DNA from: Vicugna vicugna
Lineage: Eukaryota
DNA: 64,000 nucleotides
Direction of reading: 5' to 3'
Assembly (NCBI GenBank): GCA_013265495.1
Contig: MU060965.1
Coordinates: 124,001-188,000 of the forward strand
Position numbers and translations under genes: made by a program. Below, in pieces: positions 59,363 to 64,000 of this stretch (positions are counted from its first letter, which is position 1; each line of letters begins with the position of its first letter). The notes beneath the pieces are model-generated. The model searched no databases, was not told where the DNA came from, and saw only the letters and a list, made by a program, of their open reading frames with translations.

Positions 59363-61466
59363 GTAAGCAGGCGCTCGGCCTGGCGTGATATGACAGCAGT
59401 GGCCGCAGGAGACGCTGTCACCGCACCCGAGGTGCCGCGTTTATGCGTCAGGGCCAGGCGGGCTGTCTGGCCCCTTGGGCAACATCCCCGGGGTCGGGCC
59501 GGGTGCCCTTTGACTTCCCGTGAACCAGAGGCCTGAAGGTCATGCTTTCCCACGAGAAACCAGAAACGTTCACCCCGTGTTAGGAACGGTCGAGGCACAG
59601 GGGTGTTTTTTCAATTATTCCTTGGAGTGGAGTCACTCATGCTGTTCCCGAATTAGTGGCGAGCTCTTTTCAAACACAGGTGTGAACATTTTAGATCTTA
59701 ACGTTCTCAGTGTATCTGTCGTCACTCACTGAGGAAATTTAAAATGATGAGGCCAAATATTGCAAAACCTGACAGTGGTGGCTGTCAGATTACCGACGGC
59801 GGATGGTCAGAAACCCCCAAGGAAGGAGCCAGTCTGCCCTAATTCTGCAGCGAGGCCTGGAAGCGGCCGCCTGCGCCCCGTGCTGCCCTGAGAGCAGGCT
59901 GAACGGGACGGGCTGCCGTCGTGCTGAAGGAAAGAAGAAAACACCCGGGTTTTAAAACCTTCCGGAGGCCGCTGGGCGCTAGCTAGCTTCCCACGGCGTG
60001 GCAGCTGCCGGGCCTGTGCTGGCCCGAGATTCGAGTCCTGGCCTCAGAGTCCGGCTTTTCCGAGCCGCTGATCAGCACTCCCTGGGGCCTCCACCTCGTT
60101 AGAGGGCTGGTTGGTTGGCTGTGTTCGTGTTGCGTCCCGCCCCCTCCAGGCTCAGAGCGGGAACGCGGGTGTGGAAGCACGGCCCCCGCGCAGGACAGGC
60201 CACAGAGGGCCGGCTGTCGGTGCCAGGAGGGCATTCAGAGCGTGGCGCCGACCTGGGGCGGCGGGGCTGGTCCCTGACGGGGGAGGGGGGCGAAGGCTCT
60301 TACAGACGGAGGGACCCTCACCCACTGAGCTGGGGCCCCACTGGGGTCGTGGGAACAGGGGCCTGGCGGCTCTGAGAGAAGACCCCCGGACGCGGGCGAG
60401 AGTGGCTCTGAAGTGATGATACTTGATTATAAACTATTCCTTTAGAATCTCTAGCTGGCATCTTTGCAGGCCGCTCTGTGCCTCAGTTTCTTTTTTCCAA
60501 AGAGTTATGGAATTAGAGATGGTTTTTTCTGTCTCTGGACCAGAACGATTGCATGATCTCCAGACCTTACCTGGGAAGTTTATCCCAGACTGGAACCGGA
60601 TCATTCCAGTTAGAATCCGAATCTCTTCCTTTCACTCAGCACTGGACAGAAACACGGCCCTCTACTTCACACAGGCGTTTTTTTTCACTTCAAAAGCGAA
60701 GACTCTAAAATCTAGAGACAGTGGAAGGCCCCCAGAATGAGGCAGGCGTGGTTTTGATGCCGGATTCCCGCGGACCCCGAGACAGTCTGACTAAGGTCAA
60801 GAAAGCCGTGTCCTCACACGCGTTCTGTGGCCTCTGCAGCTTTGGGTTTTCCCCACGCAGAATGGAGGCCATGACAGTCCTCACCCGGTAAAGTTTGGCT
60901 AAGACGAGACATCACAGGCAGGTGCGTCACGCGGCCTGTGACGCCTGGTGAGCCTGTGACAGGTGAGCCAGTCGCAGAACCAGGACTAGCGTTGTCCGTG
61001 TTCCACGTTCTATGGAGAACCTGGGCTCCAGTTTGGTAAATGGCAAAGTGAGAGCAGCTTATGCCCAAAGAACAGGGGATGAATCGCACCTCTTGTCCAG
61101 ACCCTGTTCCCCCATTTCCCCCTTTTCCTGGTTGATGGTGATGATAGCCCCTCTTAGAATTGCGTAAAATCCTGTCTGAGTAGCCAGTCCGGCCAGACGG
61201 AAAACCGTGTGCTCAGCCAACGTCCCTTGTGTGAAATGCCATTTGCTTCCTGGTGTTTCCTCCGTGCTGACGACGTGGTGCGAGGAAGGGACTTGCTGGA
61301 AGGAGGAAACCCGGAGCTGTGGAAACAGCTCCCGGTCCTTCGCAGCAGGATCACGAGCGGTGCCAGGTGCTTCTTAACTTGCGGGGAGAAAACTGCCCAC
61401 AGGTGGGCAGCTCGGGAGTCCCCGAGATCCCACGTCCGCACTGACGGGCGCGTGCTGTGCCCCCAG

Positions 61467-61718
61467 GCTGCAGGAGAAGGCGGCCGACACCATCGAGGCG
61501 CTGCAGAAGGCGGGCATCAAGGTGTGGGTGCTCACGGGCGACAAGATGGAGACGGCGGCCGCCACCTGCTACGCCTGCAAGCTGTTCCGGAGGGGCACGC
61601 AGCTGCTGGAGCTCACCACCAAGAAGCTGGAGGAGCAGAACCTGCACGACGTGCTGTTCGAGCTGAGCAAGACGGTCCTCCGCTGCGGCGCAAGCCTGAC
61701 CAGGGACAGCTTCTCGGG
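61467..61718 (+). CDS. ATP11A: ATP11A exon 19 (252 nt): (R)[83 protein letters not shown](G)
   Basis: Acceptor gtgctgtgcccccag, donor GG|gtaggc; [12 protein letters not shown] motif. Confidence 0.97.
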
Positions 61719-62690
61719 GTAGGCGGCCCCTGGCCGAGAACAGCCTTCCGTGGTCGCAGACGTGACCAGAGCTGCTTCTCTTTGGCCCCTGTGACATGCC
61801 TTTTGCACGAGGGGCGTGTGCGTGTGCGCTGTGTCCACTTCCAGACTGCCGGCTGAAGGATGCAAAGGCTTGACTCGTTGATTTACCAAGTACCGTGCTT
61901 GGGACGATTCCCACCTGCTTCTGAGACCCCTGGGGTCTGTGCTGTGGGTTCCTCAGGCATCTGGAGTGGGGGGGGGGACGCTAATGGTGCGTGGACGTCT
62001 GTCTGTGAGCCCGAGACATCTCTCCCAGGACACGCAGCAGCTGCTCGCATTTTGTCAGCACTGTGCTTGCTGGTGTTAGAGACATGTTCTAAGATTAGAT
62101 TTCATTTGAATCACTTTAGGTTTTCCCTAATTTAGGTAAAGCAAAAGTAGCTCTCTAATCGTGTGCAAATTTTAAAGTACTCGTTCAGAAATCGTGCAAA
62201 GGTGTTTCCCTTCACCTGATCTGCAGAATTCCTTTTGGGGATTGGAAGTGTCCCTTGTAACTTTGAAACGCAGCAAAGAGACACGTTTAGGCTCTGTTGT
62301 CTCCAGGTCAGGTCATCCAGGCAGAGTAGCCACAAGGTGTCAGCTGTGACGGTAGATCCTGCCCTCAGCCTCGGCCGCGGTGGCCGGGCAGTTCGGGATC
62401 AGGGACTGACCTCTGTGGGCGGCAGGACAGATGCCCCCTTCCCGCATGGGAATGCCCCAGCTCCTGCCCAGGAGCCCACAGTCGGCACCTTTCATTCTCA
62501 CGCAGCCTAAAATGCAGTCAGGGGGTCACGTGCACTGACCCAGAGACCATACTGACAAGACAAGAAGTGCTGGCGTCTTAATGCCTGATCGGGGATCGGC
62601 AGCGTCAGCGGTTACCCCCGAAGTGTGTAGTCTTCTCAGATCTCTGGAGTTAGCTGCTGAGTCATTTCTCTGGTTTGTACAATCTAACAG

Positions 62691-62865
62691 ACTTTCAGCA
62701 GACATGCAGGACTACGGATTAATCATCGACGGAGCCGCACTGTCTCTAGTCCTGAAACCCCGGGAGGACGGAAGCTCCGGCAACTACAGGGAGCTCTTCC
62801 TGGAGATCTGCCGGAACTGCAGCGCCGTGCTCTGCTGCCGGATGGCCCCCCTGCAGAAGGCCCAG
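62691..62865 (+). CDS. ATP11A: ATP11A exon 20 (175 nt): (G)[58 protein letters not shown]
   Basis: Acceptor gtacaatctaacag, donor CAG|gtccgg (weak); IDG and CCR.AP.QKA motifs; phase fits exons 19 and 21. Confidence 0.94.
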
Positions 62866-63072
62866 GTCCGGGAGCCGCCACTCCGCCAGGGGTCAGGGCG
62901 TCTGGATGTGGAGAACCCTTCGTTTGTTCTTACAGCCTCTGATTTTTTTTTTTTTTGAAATCTAGCAAAGTGCCATCTTTTTTAAATAGAAGCAAAAATG
63001 ATAGAAAGTTATTTTATTTTTTTAAATATTTATTCTCAGCCCGTTGTTTTAAATGAAGAGGTTTTCTTTAAA

Positions 63073-63230
63073 CTTTTTTTTAGTACTAATTTTTTTGTTT
63101 GTTGCTGGGTATTTTTTGATAGCAGGAGGGCATTAGGTTTATTTATTAAGTTTTTTAATGGAGGTGCTGGTCCAGGACCTCACACGTGCTAAAGAAGCGT
63201 GCTGTGTACCATTGAGCTCTACCCTCCCCC
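63073..63230 (-). mobile_element. tRNA-derived SINE (Vic-1-like), intron 20
   Basis: T-rich tail, ttaggtttatttatt, ttaatggaggtgctgg...caggacctc...attgagctctaccctccccc. Confidence 0.8.
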
Positions 63231-63350
63231 TCCAAGAAATTTACACCCGCGACTTACTCAGCCTGTTGTGGTTAGTAAGTGTTGACTGAATCAAATTTGT
63301 TGCAAGAAATAAAACCGAGAAGATCATTTCTGCATTTACTTCTTTTCCAG

Positions 63351-63453
63351 ATCGTTAAGTTGATCAAATTTTCAAAAGAGCATCCTATCACTCTGGCCAT
63401 CGGTGACGGAGCCAACGACGTCAGCATGATCCTGGAGGCCCACGTGGGCATCG
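63351..63453 (+). CDS. ATP11A: ATP11A exon 21 (103 nt): [34 protein letters not shown](G)
   Basis: Acceptor tttacttcttttccag, donor G|gtgagc; GDGAND hinge motif. Confidence 0.97.
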
Positions 63454-63570
63454 GTGAGCCCCCCAGTTCTGCTTCTCGGCAAAAGAAGCAAAACTGGTGA
63501 CCTGGTGACTCAGCTGGACGAGAAGGGACACAGCCCAGGCTCAGCCGTAGAGTTCAGTTCCTTCCCTGGT

Positions 63571-63835
63571 TTTTAAACTGAAGCGCAGTCAGTCTGTGGC
63601 GTGCTGCTGTCTGGTGGACGGCGTGGTGATTCGGCCATGCGCACGTGTTCCTTCCACAGTCTCCTGCATTGTAGGCAGTTCAGGACACTGAGCGTAGTTC
63701 CCTGTGCTGCCCAGTGGGACACTGTTGTTTATCTAGTTGATGTACAGTCGTGTGTGTCTGCAAATCCCAAACTCCCAGTCTATCCGTCCACCCCCGCCGT
63801 CCCCCCCCAGTAACAGTGCTTGTTTTCTGTTCGAC
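63571..63835 (-). mobile_element. L1 3' terminus (cetartiodactyl-type tail), intron 21
   Basis: ttttaaactgaag...tctggtggacggcgtggtgattc...gtagttccctgtgctg...gttgtttatctagttg...ctgcaaatcccaaactcccagtctatcc. Confidence 0.8.
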
Positions 63836-63984
63836 CGCAGAACTCAGACGGCAAACTTGGGAGCCCTGTCTGTGGGGTGTCGTGGCTGGAAATGCCACGG
63901 TGGCGGTCCAGTGTCGCCTGGTCGTGCCTGCTCCCCGCGGGGTGTTGACAGGGGTTGGCTCAGCGTTGCCCTCCCTTCTTGTAG

Positions 63985-64000
63985 GTGTCATCGGGAAGGA
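63985..64000 (+). CDS. ATP11A: ATP11A exon 22, first 16 nt, truncated by window end: (G)VIGK(E)
   Basis: Acceptor ctcccttcttgtag followed by gt gtc atc ggg aag ga, continuing GIG-VIGKE in phase 1. Confidence 0.9.

Overview
Mammalian genomic DNA: a GC- and CpG-rich gene body. It holds the 3' ~31 kb of the long first intron and coding exons 2-21, plus the first 16 nt of exon 22, of ATP11A (P4-ATPase phospholipid flippase) on the + strand. Exon numbering follows the human gene as I recall it. All 20 complete exons have GT-AG boundaries and matching phases. They splice into one stop-free frame of 2498 nt (about residues 14-845) containing the DGES, IPVSM, DKTGT, KGADS, TGDK and GDGAND motifs. Six tRNA-derived SINEs resembling camelid Vic-1, and cetartiodactyl-type L1 tails, suggest a camelid host (inference). 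The rest is old L1, L2, MIR and LTR relics, short tandem repeats and a 145-nt assembly gap. Almost all ORFs in the supplied track are chance products of high GC. I found no securely supported new biological system. The best leads are a recursive-splice/poison-exon architecture at 1889-2008, an optimal caspase-3 DEVD|G site in exon 14, pervasive AT-to-GC rewriting of repeats and codons, inverted SINEs around exons 9-10, and a CTCF-like motif at a microduplication junction. Repeat family names and human comparisons are from memory and need RepeatMasker/Dfam and alignment confirmation.
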